From contig CDMY01000718.1 in the NCBI GenBank assembly GCA_001179505.1, positions 124,001-188,000 of the forward strand: a stretch of DNA of 64,000 nt, given 5' to 3'. The notes beneath the pieces were generated by a model. It ran no database searches and had not been told where the DNA came from. It was given only the letters and a program-made list of their open reading frames with translations. Below are positions 1-11,675 of the stretch, piece after piece (within the stretch, counting starts at the first letter, position 1; each line of letters opens with the position of its first letter). The translations under genes were made by a program, and so were the position numbers. The DNA is from Vitrella brassicaformis CCMP3155 (taxonomy: Eukaryota; Protista; Chromerida).

Positions 1-96
1 CAGCCACACACACAGACACACTAAGCCCTTCCAGCTCTCTCTCTTTCTCTCTCTCTCTCTGTGTGTCTGTACTCGTCTCTCGCTCCTGCATCGCAC

Positions 97-1123
97 CTTT
101 CGCCACAGTCCCTTCCTGCTTCTGGACCAGTAGACGCCCCTCTGCAGCGCTATCGCCACACGAATGGACTCGACGCTCGAGTACACAAGGCCCAGGGCAA
201 TGCCGCCGGGGTCGCTCACTACAGTGGTGAAGAGGCCGTCAGGACGGTCGGTGCTGCAATGGGAAAGAGAAGGAAGGAGTGCCTCCGTCCTGTCATGTGT
301 TTCATGTCGGCTCACGTCAGACAGCTGGTGAAGCATTCAACGGCATCCAAGGGCGGGGATGGCGAGGGGGATGAGCCACCCGATGCTGGCGCACTGCCGC
401 CGTTGGCTGTCGGCAGCAGTGACGAGAAACAGACAGAAGGCTGGCCCTCTGCACCCCACAACAGAGAAAACAGAGGTGTGAGAGGAGACCATATTCCATC
501 GGCTCATCCTCCTCACCTTCCATGGGCACGGCCGCCCCAGCCATGACGTGGACGTCCTTCCCCTGCAGTGTCGCCACCAAATCACCATCCACACCCGCCC
601 CTTCAACCACCAGCTGCATGTAATCCTCCTGCACGTCCTTGCCTCGCGCGGTCTTCAGTGAGGCCACCAGCGCCATCCAGTCGATGCCTTCCCGCCGACT
701 CGTCAGCTTGACCCAGCCCACTTTGCCCCGCAGCGCACCGACCAGACCAGGCAGGTGGTCACTCTCCCCAGGTGACACCTCCACAGCCAACGCGATTCGC
801 TTCACTGCCTCTGGCGGCACGCCGTCCATAAGCCGCTCCAGCACGCCGACCCACTCGCCCCTCTGCGCCTCATCTGCCGTCATCTCCACCATGGCTGCCC
901 CGCCATCCAGGCACTTGATGGCGCTGTCCATGCCTTCGTCAGTCATGCTGAAGGGACCCACCCAGCAGCGGAGAGGACGGCAAAGGGCGAGGATGACGTC
1001 CTGCGCGGCGTTGCGGATGGCCACTTGGCATAAGGCGAACGAGGATGCGCGTGTGAGCCATTCAGTGAGTCGCTGCGGAAGAGGGAGAGCAAGGGATGAA
1101 AGATCCACGACGGGAATCAACAT
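97..1123 (-). CDS. HIS4: HIS4-type histidine biosynthesis protein, 5' part (N-terminal region plus phosphoribosyl-AMP cyclohydrolase/HisI domain); gene runs off the window start
   Basis: Hand-spliced exon 253..97 reads TDRPDGLFTTVVSDPGGIALGLVYSSVESIRVAIALQRGVYWSRSRKGLWRK, the PRA-CH/HisI signature as found in fungal-type HIS4. The upstream exon starts MLIPVVDL (ATG at 1123) and contains CLDGGAAMV, like the HIS4 N-terminal region. Downstream HisE/HisD parts are outside the window, so trifunctionality is inferred. Confidence 0.85.
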
Positions 1124-1422
1124 AATCAGACGAAAAGAGGGGTGGGCACGCAAGCAGACGGACACGACTGGTGTTTGCTTTCTCCAAGGCAGCGGTTTCA
1201 GGGAGCACCCTAGGCGCCGAAGTGACACATTCTAGAATTATATGGGAACAGGATAGAAGTGAAAATGAATGTGTCACTTCGCACACTAGGTGAGTTCGAT
1301 CCCGGGATGGTGACAGAAAACGGGTCTCTTTCTGTCTGTTCTGTCTGGGCCTTTCTGAACCGCTGCGCATTCATGTGTTTGAAAAAACTGCAGAAGAGAA
1401 CGGAAGCGGCCAGCACTGCATG

Positions 1423-2450
1423 TCATTTCCCGTCAGTCCAGAGGGGCAAACGCTGGATGTACAGCGCCGAGCGATTGAGATCCGTCGGCTCCAGGACCAT
1501 CTCGCGACTGCATGCCGACACACAGACACCCACAGATGCAGACGAAGGACAGGACTTTTTTCACACCATCCTCCCATTCCACACGTACCCCTTGCAGTCG
1601 TCGTATTGCTTCTTGGAGGGCATCTTGGCCTTCATGTAGGTCAGCTTGAACGCACACTCACGGGCCCTCACTCCCTCGTGGCACAGCTGCCGCTGACTCC
1701 TGAAGGCGCGCACTTTCCCCGTGTCGACATTGATAACGGCAGCAAACACATTCACTGACACGTGGCGCACAGCCGGCGGGCGCTTGTTCGGCTGCTTGTC
1801 GCCCCCATAGGAGCAGCCGTCGAGCAGCCTGGGGAAGATGGCCAGTCGAGGGGCGTGGGATGGGTCTCCGTCACAAGCCACATTGGCCATCATCAGGTCC
1901 GCTTTGTCCTCATAGATCATCAATGGCCTTGCCGATCTGTCGTCGAGATTCAGGAAGTCCATGCGGGCGGCGTCTCGCTTGTGCCGGTGGTCGTTTCCTT
2001 CGCCGCCATCCAAGTTGCGCAGGAGGCTCTGCAGCAGGGGATGCCCGTCGAGCACCGAAGGCGACCATGTCGGCCTAAGCTTGCGGGGGATGGGGCTGTC
2101 GAGATGATCTCCAGGTCGCTTGACTGGCAGCACTGGTGGGCTGCGTGACACCACTGGCTCATGGTGACAAAGGGGAGAGGAAGCAGCCAGTGCCTGACGG
2201 TGACACGTGCAGAAACAGAGACAACATCAAAGCGCTTGTCTTCACGCCTTTCGCACGTCTGACCGTGGCAGTGGACTGCGATGCCGATGTGCCCTTGCTG
2301 TGCAGCACCTTCTTGCCCAAAGCGACGCCACGATGAGTCGCTTGTCGTGGCAGGATTGGGTAGCCGCGAGCAACATCCTGTGGCTGAGGGGCTACAGGTG
2401 GCACTGCAGGGGTGCAAGGAGCAACATCCCTTGGGTGAGGGATGAACAGG
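1423..2450 (-). CDS. Multi-exon hypothetical protein
   Basis: Long GC-rich exon about 2128..1560 (PPVLPVKRPG...YDDCKGYVWNGRM) and last exon REMVLEPTDLNRSALYIQRLPLWTDGK* (stop 1423-1425), with GT-AG boundaries. No domain recognised; 5' end uncertain. Confidence 0.55.
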
Positions 2451-3289
2451 GACTCATCACACCTGCACGCCATCACCAAACCATCACAAACACCGCCCAT
2501 TACACTGAGTTGGTGTGCTGTCAGAGTGTGCTTCTGCCTCTTGCTCAGTGACACTCACCCCAGTGTGCAGTCGCTGCATTGGCAGAGATCACCTATTTTG
2601 TCGCGATTGCAGAAAGAAAGCAACATTGTCACGTGAGTGAGGCAAGCAGCTCAGCGTGAATAGGGCGAGTGTCGTTGTGCTGTGTGCAGGAATACCTCCT
2701 GTCTGTTCCTGTCAGTGGGAATGACTTCCGTCTTGCTTTCCATTGCTATACTATTTGGATCAATAGTCCTGCATCCAAAGAGTATGGCAATGCAGACGCA
2801 TCCTTTGGCCTCTTTTTCCTTGTGCTTTCCTCCCGTGTCAAAAGCTCCCATAACTGTTTCACCTGCTCCCTGACAACCCCTGCTCTGTTTCACGGTGACT
2901 CGACGATGCGTTGGCGAAAGAGACGAGAAGCAGGGCTCTCAGACGTCCACAAGGAGAGAAACAGTCCTGCGGACACTACGCACCGCACTTCGAACGACGC
3001 TATGTCAGTTCGGTACGCTCATCGGCAGGAGGATGGCCACACCGGGTGCCTGCCACGCCCTTCCTTGTGTTGGGTGTGTGTTTTCAGGCGGCCAAGACGC
3101 TCTTTTGTTCGGACGTTGGGCTGCAGACCGGGAGCTGGGTGCCCGCTCCGGCGGGCGCTCTTGGTCGGGCGGCGTGTGCTCGGTGGCTTTCTCCATCCGT
3201 TTCTTTGCCGGCGGGCCATGGCTCGCTCTTTTGCGATGTGTGATGATGATTCGTCATGTGTTGTGGGTGTGACATGATGTGTGACATGG

Positions 3290-4684
3290 ATGGCGAGGAG
3301 GGCAGCTCACACGCACACACGTTCACCTGCACACGGATTCTATCAACGCCTGTGTTCACTCTGTCTGTTGACGTGTGTGTGTGCCTCTGTCCCAGGTTGC
3401 GTATGGATGGATGGATGGTGTCTGTGCACCCGATGTACCCCGATGTACCCCGATATACCCCGATATACCCCGATGCACTGTCTCGTCTGTCCGACGCCTA
3501 ACCCGAACAGGTGTTCGGACGTTCGCCTATGTCGCCTACCTCCGCCGTAGGAGGAAGCATCTTCTGTGCACAGGTACGTTGCCCACCCACACCACACCAC
3601 GCCACAACACACTCGTATACCTGGCTTCTTGTTGTGTTGACGTGTGTGATGGGCGTTCAGATGCCTCGATGGAGGGTGTGCAGAGGGGGTGGTCGCCTTG
3701 TGTGGTGTGGTGTGGTGTGGTGGTGGTGGGTTCTTGTCTGTGTCAAAGGCTCGGTGGAGTCGCACACAGGGGGGACAGAGTTGATGGTCTCGCTGTGTCG
3801 GCAGCCGTCCTCTGGGGGTGAGAACATCCCGCCCCACTGTGGCGTGGCATTCGTACCTGTCAGAGGTACGTATGCATATGCAGTGAGGTGGCTTTTGCTC
3901 TGTGCTCTGTCTCGCCGTTCGCCCGTACATACCCGATACGCCCGAAAGGCGTCCTCCTGAACACAAGTGAGCCACACCATCCAACACCACACCACACCGC
4001 ACACACGGCCGTCTGTCATATTTTCTGTGCGTCTGTGTGTCAGGGCCTCGGTGAGGTAGTGTTCGGGAGGGAGATGTGCTGCGGGACGCTCCGGGCCATC
4101 TCAGCCGACCCGTGTCCAACTCGCCACAAAGTAAGCCAGCAAGCAAGGAAGGCATTCGAGTCAACGCCGTCCACGTATCGTTCACTGCGTGCGTGAATGG
4201 TTGTGCAGGTGCCTCGATGGAGGTGTGTGGTGTGACGGGGAAACGCCGATCCCGAAAGTGGGTGGATGTAAGCACGTATTTGGTTGTCCCCTGAGCAAGT
4301 AAGCCCTCCACTGGCATACCCACACCCACTGCACCCCCCTGTGCGTATGTGTGTGTGTGATGTCTGATGTGTCTGTGTTCCCATGTGTGTGTGTGTGGTA
4401 GTCTCTCGTTGGAGAGCGCTCTGTGCGTGGGGCTTTTGGTGAGCACTACCGGCGCCGCAGCCGAGCTCGTTGGATGGATGTCGTGCCGTCTTGGTGCCAT
4501 GTGTCCCCGATGGGGGACGGCAACAAGCCAGAGGATCCTTTGTGAACTCCCCCCCGAGACGGGGGCGGAAGGGCGCTATGGGTCGCTGAGTGCCGATACT
4601 GCGCACCGTGTGGTGAGCAAAGGGGAGGGAGGGAGGGATGTGGGTGTGCGTGTGGGTGTGCGTGTGAGCTGCCCTCCTCGCCAT
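3290..4684. mobile_element. Putative non-autonomous TIR-bounded (MITE-like) element, copy 1
   Basis: Perfect 29-bp inverted repeat: ATGGCGAGGAGGGCAGCTCACACGCACAC at 3290-3318, reverse complement at 4656-4684. Subterminal 10-bp tandem repeats and short hairpins near the left end; no credible coding capacity. No clear target-site duplication seen. Confidence 0.55.
3431..3478 (+). repeat. 10-bp tandem repeat (CGATRTACCC, about 5 units)
   Basis: Directly visible: cgatgtaccc cgatgtaccc cgatataccc cgatataccc cgatgcac. Confidence 0.9.
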
Positions 4685-4857
4685 TCGTGTTGTCATGTGT
4701 GAGTGGGTGGGGGTGTGTGTGTGTGGATGGACACGGGAGACGGTTGAATGAGACAGAGGGACATCTTAAGTGTGTGTGCGTGCGAATGACACACACACAC
4801 GGATGGGCTGCTGAATGGCCGATGAGTGCATTCGAATGAATGGGCCAAGAGCGCCGG

Positions 4858-4927
<70 letters not shown>

Positions 4928-4928
4928 G
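4858..4928 (+). repeat. Compound (CA)n(GA)n microsatellite
   Basis: Directly visible. Many similar microsatellites occur in introns across the window. Confidence 0.95.
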
Positions 4929-5677
4929 GGGCACATGCGCAGTGCACGCCCTCTCCCTCCGTCCCCCTCTGCACACACAGCCCACCCCTGCGCACATCCG
5001 TGTGTGGGAAGGTGCCTGCCTGCGTGCCGTGCACTCCTGCGCACGCGCATTCACGAAATTCGCGAACCCTACGCATAACTAGGATTTAGATCAGCACGTC
5101 AGCCGCCGCCCCGGCCCCCCTGCAATGGGGAAAAGCCCTCAAGATCAGAGGGTGTTTACAGTTGCGAGCTTGAGTGGTGCTAGGGGTCGCTAACGGCAGA
5201 TGCCCTCTCCGAAAACACAACGGCACCAGAGAGGCTCACACACAGAGAGGCCACACACGAAGCGAGAAGCAGCCACAAGGCCTCTCACATGACATCTCTC
5301 TCTGTTTGTGCGCTCGTCTGATCACAGAGATGGTGCTCGATCTCAAGGGCTCGGCCATGCCGTCAAGGGCCCTAGCAAGGCGTTTCTGACCTCTTGATGA
5401 AGGTGCGATTCTGAGCTGGAGAGGCCTGTATGTTATTTACTTCAACTAGTTTCGGGGTGGGATACCCTTTTCAGCAACTTCGGATTCTTCTCATGACCCG
5501 CACACACAACGCCATTCCCTCTGCTTGGTAAGGCCTGATAGCCCATAGTCACATTATCTTGACGTCACACCGCTCAGCTTCTGGCCTGCACCTTTTTCTT
5601 TTTGCGCGTCTTTCTCAGCTGCGACCCGCCCCCCAGTCTCTTTCTGTGCATGTGCGGCGCGGCTGCGACACACACAG

Positions 5678-6788
5678 TACCTGGCTTCTTGTTGTGTTGA
5701 CGTGTGTGATGGGCGTTCAGATGCCTCGATGGAGGGTGTGCAGAGGGGGTGGTCGCCTTGTGTGGTGTGGTGTGGTGTGGTGGTGGTGGGTTCTTGTCTT
5801 TGTCAAAGGCTCGGTGGAGTCGCACACAGGGGGGACAGAGTTGATGGTCCCGCTGTGTCGGCAGCCGTCCTCTGGGGGTGAGAACATCCCGCCCCACTGT
5901 GGCGTGGCATTCGTACCTGTCAGAGGTACGTATGCATATGCAGTGAGGTGGCTTTTGCTCTGTACTCTGTCTCGCCATTCGCCCGTACATACCCGATACG
6001 CCCGAAAGGCGTCCTCTTGAACACAAGTGAGCCACACCATCCAACACCACACCATCCAACACCACACCACACCGCACACACGGCCGTCTGTCATATTTTC
6101 TGTGCGTCTGTGTGTCAGGGCCTCGGTGAGGTGGTGTTCGGGGGGGAGATGTGCTGCGGGACGCTCCTGGCCATCTCAGCCGACCCGTGTCCAACTCGCC
6201 ACAAAGTAAGCCAGCAAGCAAGGAAGGCATTCGAGTCAACGCCGTCCACGTATCGTTCACTGCGTGCGTGAATGGTTGTGCAGGTGCCTCGATGGAGGTG
6301 TGTGGTGTGAGGGGGAAACGCCGATCCCGAAAGTGGGTGGATGTAAGCACGTATTTGATTGTCCCCTGAGCAAGTAAGCCCTCCACTGGCATACCCACAC
6401 CCACTGCACCCCCCTGTGCGTATGTGTGTGTGTGATGTGTGATGTGTGATGTGTGATGTGTGTGTTCCCATGTGTGTGTGTGTGTGTGGTAGTCTCTCGT
6501 TGGAGAGCGCTCTGTGCGTGGGGCTTTTGGTGAGCACTACCGGCGCCGCAGCCGAGCTCGTTGGATGGATGTCGTGCCGTCTTGGTGCCATGTGTCCCCG
6601 ATGGGGGACGGCAACAAGCCAGAGGATCCTTTGTGAACTCCCCCCCGAGACGGGGGCGGAAGGGCGCTATGGATCGCTGAGTGCCGATACTGCGCACCGT
6701 GTGGTAAGCCAAGGGGAGGGAGGGAGGGATGTGCACGTGTGGGTGTGCGTGTGAGCTGCCCTCCTCGCCATTCGTGTTGTCATGTGTG
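5678..6788 (+). repeat. Direct-repeat copy 2 of 3618-4701 (left-truncated copy of the TIR element)
   Basis: Near-identical to 3618-4701 over about 1.1 kb, differing by substitutions and microsatellite-unit indels. Retains the right-hand inverted repeat (6743-6771) but lacks the left one. Confidence 0.9.
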
Positions 6789-6959
6789 TGGTGCATTTTG
6801 TGTGTGCATTGAAGAGACCTCTTTTTGATGTGTCCGTCTTTGAATCAACCACGGTGGAGTCTGACGGTACAGTACCTCTCACATGTCACAGCAGACGAAG
6901 GATTGAGCTGGGTGGAATACCGAGCGGGAAGCTGTAAGAAGGCTGTATGATGGCTTAGA

Positions 6960-9895
6960 TCAGGGGAGGCCGTTCGCACACAAACATCAACAGACCGACG
7001 TCGTCAACAAAGACGCTCCTGGCTACTCTGGCCATTGATTCGGCCGGGCCCCCAGCCCAAGTCAATCCGTCCTCCCTGGCACATCTCCTAAGCCTGCTCA
7101 TCCCCGCTCATCTCATTCCCCATGATCCTTCTTTCCGCAGTCCCCCTCATCTTGTTTGTGTTGGTGCAGGGCGGCCGCCTCGTGCCACAACATGGCGGCC
7201 ATCTCCTGCACGCCGCCAGGCACGTGTACGGCAAGGCAATCGGAAGCCCTCTCGTCCACTCAAGCCGCCACCATCTGCGCATCCACTCGAGCAACGAGAC
7301 CGGCGTCTCGGCTGCTGTCAAGATGGAGGATTGGGTGAGGGAGAGTGCCGCAGTGCAGGCGCGCTTCATGGAGACGAGTCGGCGCTTCCATGCGCATAAG
7401 GTGCAGCCCTTCACAGCAATCAAGGAGCTGGGCAATGCAGCACTGGAGTCAGTTGACGAGGACTGGGCCATTGGGCAGGGATACGCCAACAAAGCCGGAG
7501 ACGGCAAGGCACTTCTCGCTGAGAGCAGTCTGCTAGAGGAGAAGGACCACTTCAACGTGGGGGATGAGGAGTATTGGGTCGCCTTCCAGTCTGCAGACGC
7601 CCACTCTGCGGCTCTGCGCAATTCTTTCACCCTCTTCTACCATGACAGGGACGTGCATGAAATCGCACTCAAGAAATGGTGAGACGCATGCACTGACACG
7701 GCTAAGTACTCATCTGTAGATGGCTTGGCTGCTCGATGCAGGTGGGAAGTGCAGAGGGATCAAGGAAAGGGCGAAGTGAAGGCTCACTTCAAGCGGAATG
7801 CCGCCGAGGCGAGAGAGGAGACAGGCATCTCGAAGGCAGAATTGGATGGCCTGCAGAAGAAGCAGTACGACGATAAGATGAACCGATGGTACAATAAGGC
7901 CCTCGGAGCTGTCAGCAACTTCACTAAGAAGGACCACGCCGATCACGATGAGAAAAGCCTGGCTTTTGCCGAAGCGCACATCGAATCGCTCATCGGCGTG
8001 TTCACCTTCGTCCTTCAAAAAGAGGCCATCAACGCCTACGAAAATGCGAATCCCCGAAGCATCGGCCCGCCCAAATTCACCGTGCCTCTGACAGGTGAAC
8101 AGGCCTAGCTTTTGCACGTGAGAGTGGAGCAAATGCGATCAAGAGCTGTGAATGTGTCAGACATTGCTCAAATGAGCCAAGGGCCCAACCAGGCCATGCT
8201 TACAGGTAAGACATGCACAAATTGGTCGATGGCTCATTAAAGAGTCAGGGAACATTGTGCTCTTCTGTAGGCTTCGCAGACATGCTCGTGCTCCTGCATT
8301 TGGCAGCGGTGAGCGGACGGAGACACGATACATGGCCTAGAAACAACGAGGGGCTGACCCTTTCTCTGCGTGTCTCGTCACATCAGAGTCGCTTCAACTG
8401 CGAGCCGGTCCACAAGAATGGGAGCCCCTCGGACAAGGATGTCACCCTGTGCATGGACAAGGGAGCCGACCACAACACCCTCTACACCATCAAGCGGCCA
8501 GACAACGCCACAGACACAAAGAGGCCGACCTTCCGACTGACATTTGTGATGGTCCGCAAGTTCAACAACGAGCCCCCATGCCATATCACATCACAGAACC
8601 ACCTGCCCGCTGACTACACGTGGCCGGAAGACCGCCTGAACATCGTCATGTGCGATAAGCACCTCAAGACATCCCCGAAGCCCCTTTTATTTCTCAAGAC
8701 TCAAGAGGGAAAACCCGTCTACAGACTGGCGACGAAGGATGGCCTGATGATGTATCCCAAGGTCCACGGTCTTGCAGAGAGCGTCGACCAGCTGCCCCCC
8801 GCCGACCAGTCACTGCTGAAACACGAGTGGGCTTTCTGTCCACTCTGCGATCTGCACATCCACCAGCAGGGTGCGGCGGCCCATGGTGGCAAGCCTGCAC
8901 ATCACAGCCTAATTCAGAGGGAGAGACGCGCGATTGTGCCGAGCCTTCATCACGGTAAAGAGACACAGTGAGACTACACGCCAATATCTCAGCATCTGCC
9001 CGTTCAGGTAACTCGTTCGGGCAGCTGTTGAGCATGACAGACGCACCCATAAGTACTCGGCAAACAAGATGGAGACACCACCAATATACATGGTCTATGT
9101 CGTTTTTGAGCAGAGTGCAAGGGGCACAGTGAGTGCGGCCCATCGCAAATGTGTCTCGCCATACCTGACAAAAAAGCCAAGACCTTCGATGCCAAGACGG
9201 CAGACTGGGAGCATTTCGACTGGTCCGGATTCCACCAGTGCTCACATCCCTCATCGTCGCCATGCTTCTGCCAACGTGAGCCGACGGCATCCGGGCTGTT
9301 TGACACATATGTGGCAGATGGGAGGAAAGTGACATCCGTGTGTGTGTGTGTGTGTGTGTCTGTGCTTGAGTGCAGGTGTACATCAGTGCAGCAAGGTGGC
9401 CTTGCCACTCATGGTTGGGTCGGAGGTTGATGACGACGGCGACAACTTTTGCGTCAGCGAAGTAAACGAAATAAACCCGACTACCAAGATGGCCAAGGTG
9501 CTTGAGTGCAAGCAGTGCCAGTATTCTGGCGGTCGCTACCCTGTTTGCGCAGCCCTGGTGAGCGGCTCATGCATCAGCCAGACCACCCAGTGAGTGTCTG
9601 TCTTGTGACATCGGTCCATCAGGGGGAGCAGTCATTAGGCACCCACTGGACGATCGAGGATGTGCCAGAGTCCGACCCCAAGAAGAGGGAGCTGTTTCAG
9701 TGGAGCAGCCGGGTGACAACACAGCGTGCTGTCGCTAAGGACGGCTGGTGGATGCCTTACCGTCTCCAGACACCGCCACAAGACCCCAACTCCCTAATGG
9801 CCTACCACCACCATCCTGATGCATTCATCGACTGCAAAAGTCCCATCCACCACCACCACCACCACCACCACAAGGGACACACACGCACAGCTTAG
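6960..9895 (+). CDS. Multi-exon hypothetical protein with a possible degenerate GHKL/MORC-like ATPase fold, a U1/matrin-like C2H2 finger and a C-terminal His tract
   Basis: ORFs 7122-7682, 7725-8108 and 8213-8971 join in frame via GT-AG introns (7679-7741, 8095-8270). Contains PFTAIKELGNAALES, CPLCDLHIHQQGAAAHGGKPAH (C-x2-C-x11-H-x5-H) and a terminal HHHHHHHH from a (CAC)n run. The gene is well supported; the domain calls are tentative and the start is uncertain. Confidence 0.6.
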
Positions 9896-10160
9896 CATGG
9901 CGAGAACCAGTGAGAGTGATTGTTTTCGGTGGTGTGGCATTGCATTTCGAGTGATTGACTTTGTGGCTGAGAGACAGACATTGTTTCCATAAAAGTTGGA
10001 CATCCCTTGTGCGTGCAATCATGCGAAGTCGTTCGGTCATCACGCAGTGACACGTACATAAAAGACACTAGGCAGACTCACGGAGCCATCCAGGCTACTG
10101 CTATATACGCTTAAAGGTCTACATCCACATGCACACACCATATGGCCATTATCCCATCCC

Positions 10161-11409
10161 TCAGTCGCTGGTGACATCCATGTCTACCGCCTCGCCATTC
10201 TCCCTCTCGCCATCTTCCTCCCCCTCTCCCTCTCCGTCCTCATCGGCCCCCTGCTCCTCTGTCTCATGCTCTTCCTCACTCGCACCGTCGACGGGATCGA
10301 AGAACGGCATCCACCGCCCGTCCACCACCCGGTAGCTGCCCTCCTCCACGTGCTTCGCCTTGCCCTTCCCTTTGCCCCCTCCACCCTCCTTGCTGCCGGT
10401 GTTGGTGTTTGACGCGTTGACGCAGATGGCCTCCTTGCCCTCTGCGTCGCGCATCGGCCTGGCCCGGCCCTTGGCGTCCTCTATCGTCGCGTTGGGGTAG
10501 TCGGCGTGGTACGAGAGGTGGCCGGTGATGGTCTCGCCGCCCTCCTCGGTGATGTTGGCCTCCACCTGCAGCTCGCACTCAAAGGCGAAGGTCTCGTTGA
10601 GGTCCGCCTGGCGGTCTCGGCCGCTCAGCGTCATGCTCTGCGACGACGCGCGGTAGGTGGGCGCCTTGGCGAAGGGAATCGCATAGAAGGTGCCCCGCAA
10701 AAAGTGAGGGAAATGAGGGATGAGCACACGGCGACCTGAACGAAACCAAGACAACAGGATGATGTGTTGCGTGTGCCTGTGCCCCTGTGTGCGCCTGATT
10801 CGTACCGAAGTCAATGTGTGCCTTGAGCTCGCCGGGCAGCTCCTCGACGTGGTAGGTCATGTCGCCACTGCCGTCGGTCTTGACGGCCTTGATCCGCCTG
10901 GAGAAGCCCCTGTCGTCATCCCTCTCGAGCGTGAGCAGCCACCTGCCGTCGTTGAGCCGCTCGTCCTTGTCACTGTCGGGATGGTTCTGGCCCTTGGCGA
11001 GCTGCTGGGTGCGGTCGGGGTCGATGATCCACTCACCCTGGTCGTCCTCCTCATCGGACCCACCACCCTCTCCATCTCCATCTCCCTCTCCCTCCTCATC
11101 TTCGTCTTGCTGGTCGCCATCGTAGTCTTCGTCCCCGTCGCTGCCGTCGCTGCCATCGCTGCCATCGGCCGATTGGCCGTTCTCGGCGGGGGGAGGGCCG
11201 CTCTGGTCATCACCATCGGCCATCTCTGTATGCATGTACAGTCACACACAAGGACACGGATGCAAACGCTCTGACTCACAGCGGATGGATCCACAGCCAT
11301 GCAGATCTTGGCTCTACGTGACGACATGCGTACCCTCGTCTTGTTCTTCGTCGTCCTGGTGACCGTTCTCGAGGAGGTTGCCCTCGTGCTGGTTGAGGAC
11401 AGATGGCAT
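10161..11409 (-). CDS. Acidic (D/E/G-rich termini) hypothetical protein, 3 exons
   Basis: Spliced as MPSVLNQHEGNLLENGHQDDEEQDE|EMADGDDQ...HIDFG|TFYAIPFAK...DMDVTSD*, with strongly GC3-biased codons and GT-AG introns. No family recognised. Confidence 0.75.
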
Positions 11410-11675
11410 CCCTGAGCCAATTGCACCTGACGCGTCGTGACTGATGTTGCCCTGACACACGTCGTTGGCCGCCAGCATCATTCGCTGCATTCAACACACG
11501 CCAAGAAACATCGATACTCCGGATGCCACTTTTTGTGTTGGCCATCCCCTCCATCGCACCTGGACGCCCTGTGCCAGTTCCTTGACGACGACAACGCCGA
11601 GAAGATCTGCGCCGTGATGCGAGCTCAAAATGCATCTGCGAGCTAAGCCGAGGGAGAGAAGAAGGGAAGGAGAAA

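Noticed and set aside
3431-3478. CRISPR-like array
   Set aside because: The 10-bp units are contiguous with no spacers, the context is eukaryotic, and no cas genes are present.
5060-5560. Structured RNA gene in the spacer between the repeats
   Set aside because: No recognisable tRNA, rRNA or snRNA motif by eye; an Infernal scan would be needed.
3618-6788. LTR retrotransposon (TRIM/LARD) reading of the two about 1.1 kb direct repeats
   Set aside because: No TG...CA termini, primer-binding site, correctly placed polypurine tract or target-site duplication was found. The inverted repeat fits a TIR element better.
3343-6796. Long ORFs (up to 385 aa) across the duplicated element
   Set aside because: They are made of microsatellite-derived His/Thr/Cys/Val runs on both strands, paralogous copies change frame at repeat indels, and no transposase, RT or integrase motif is present.
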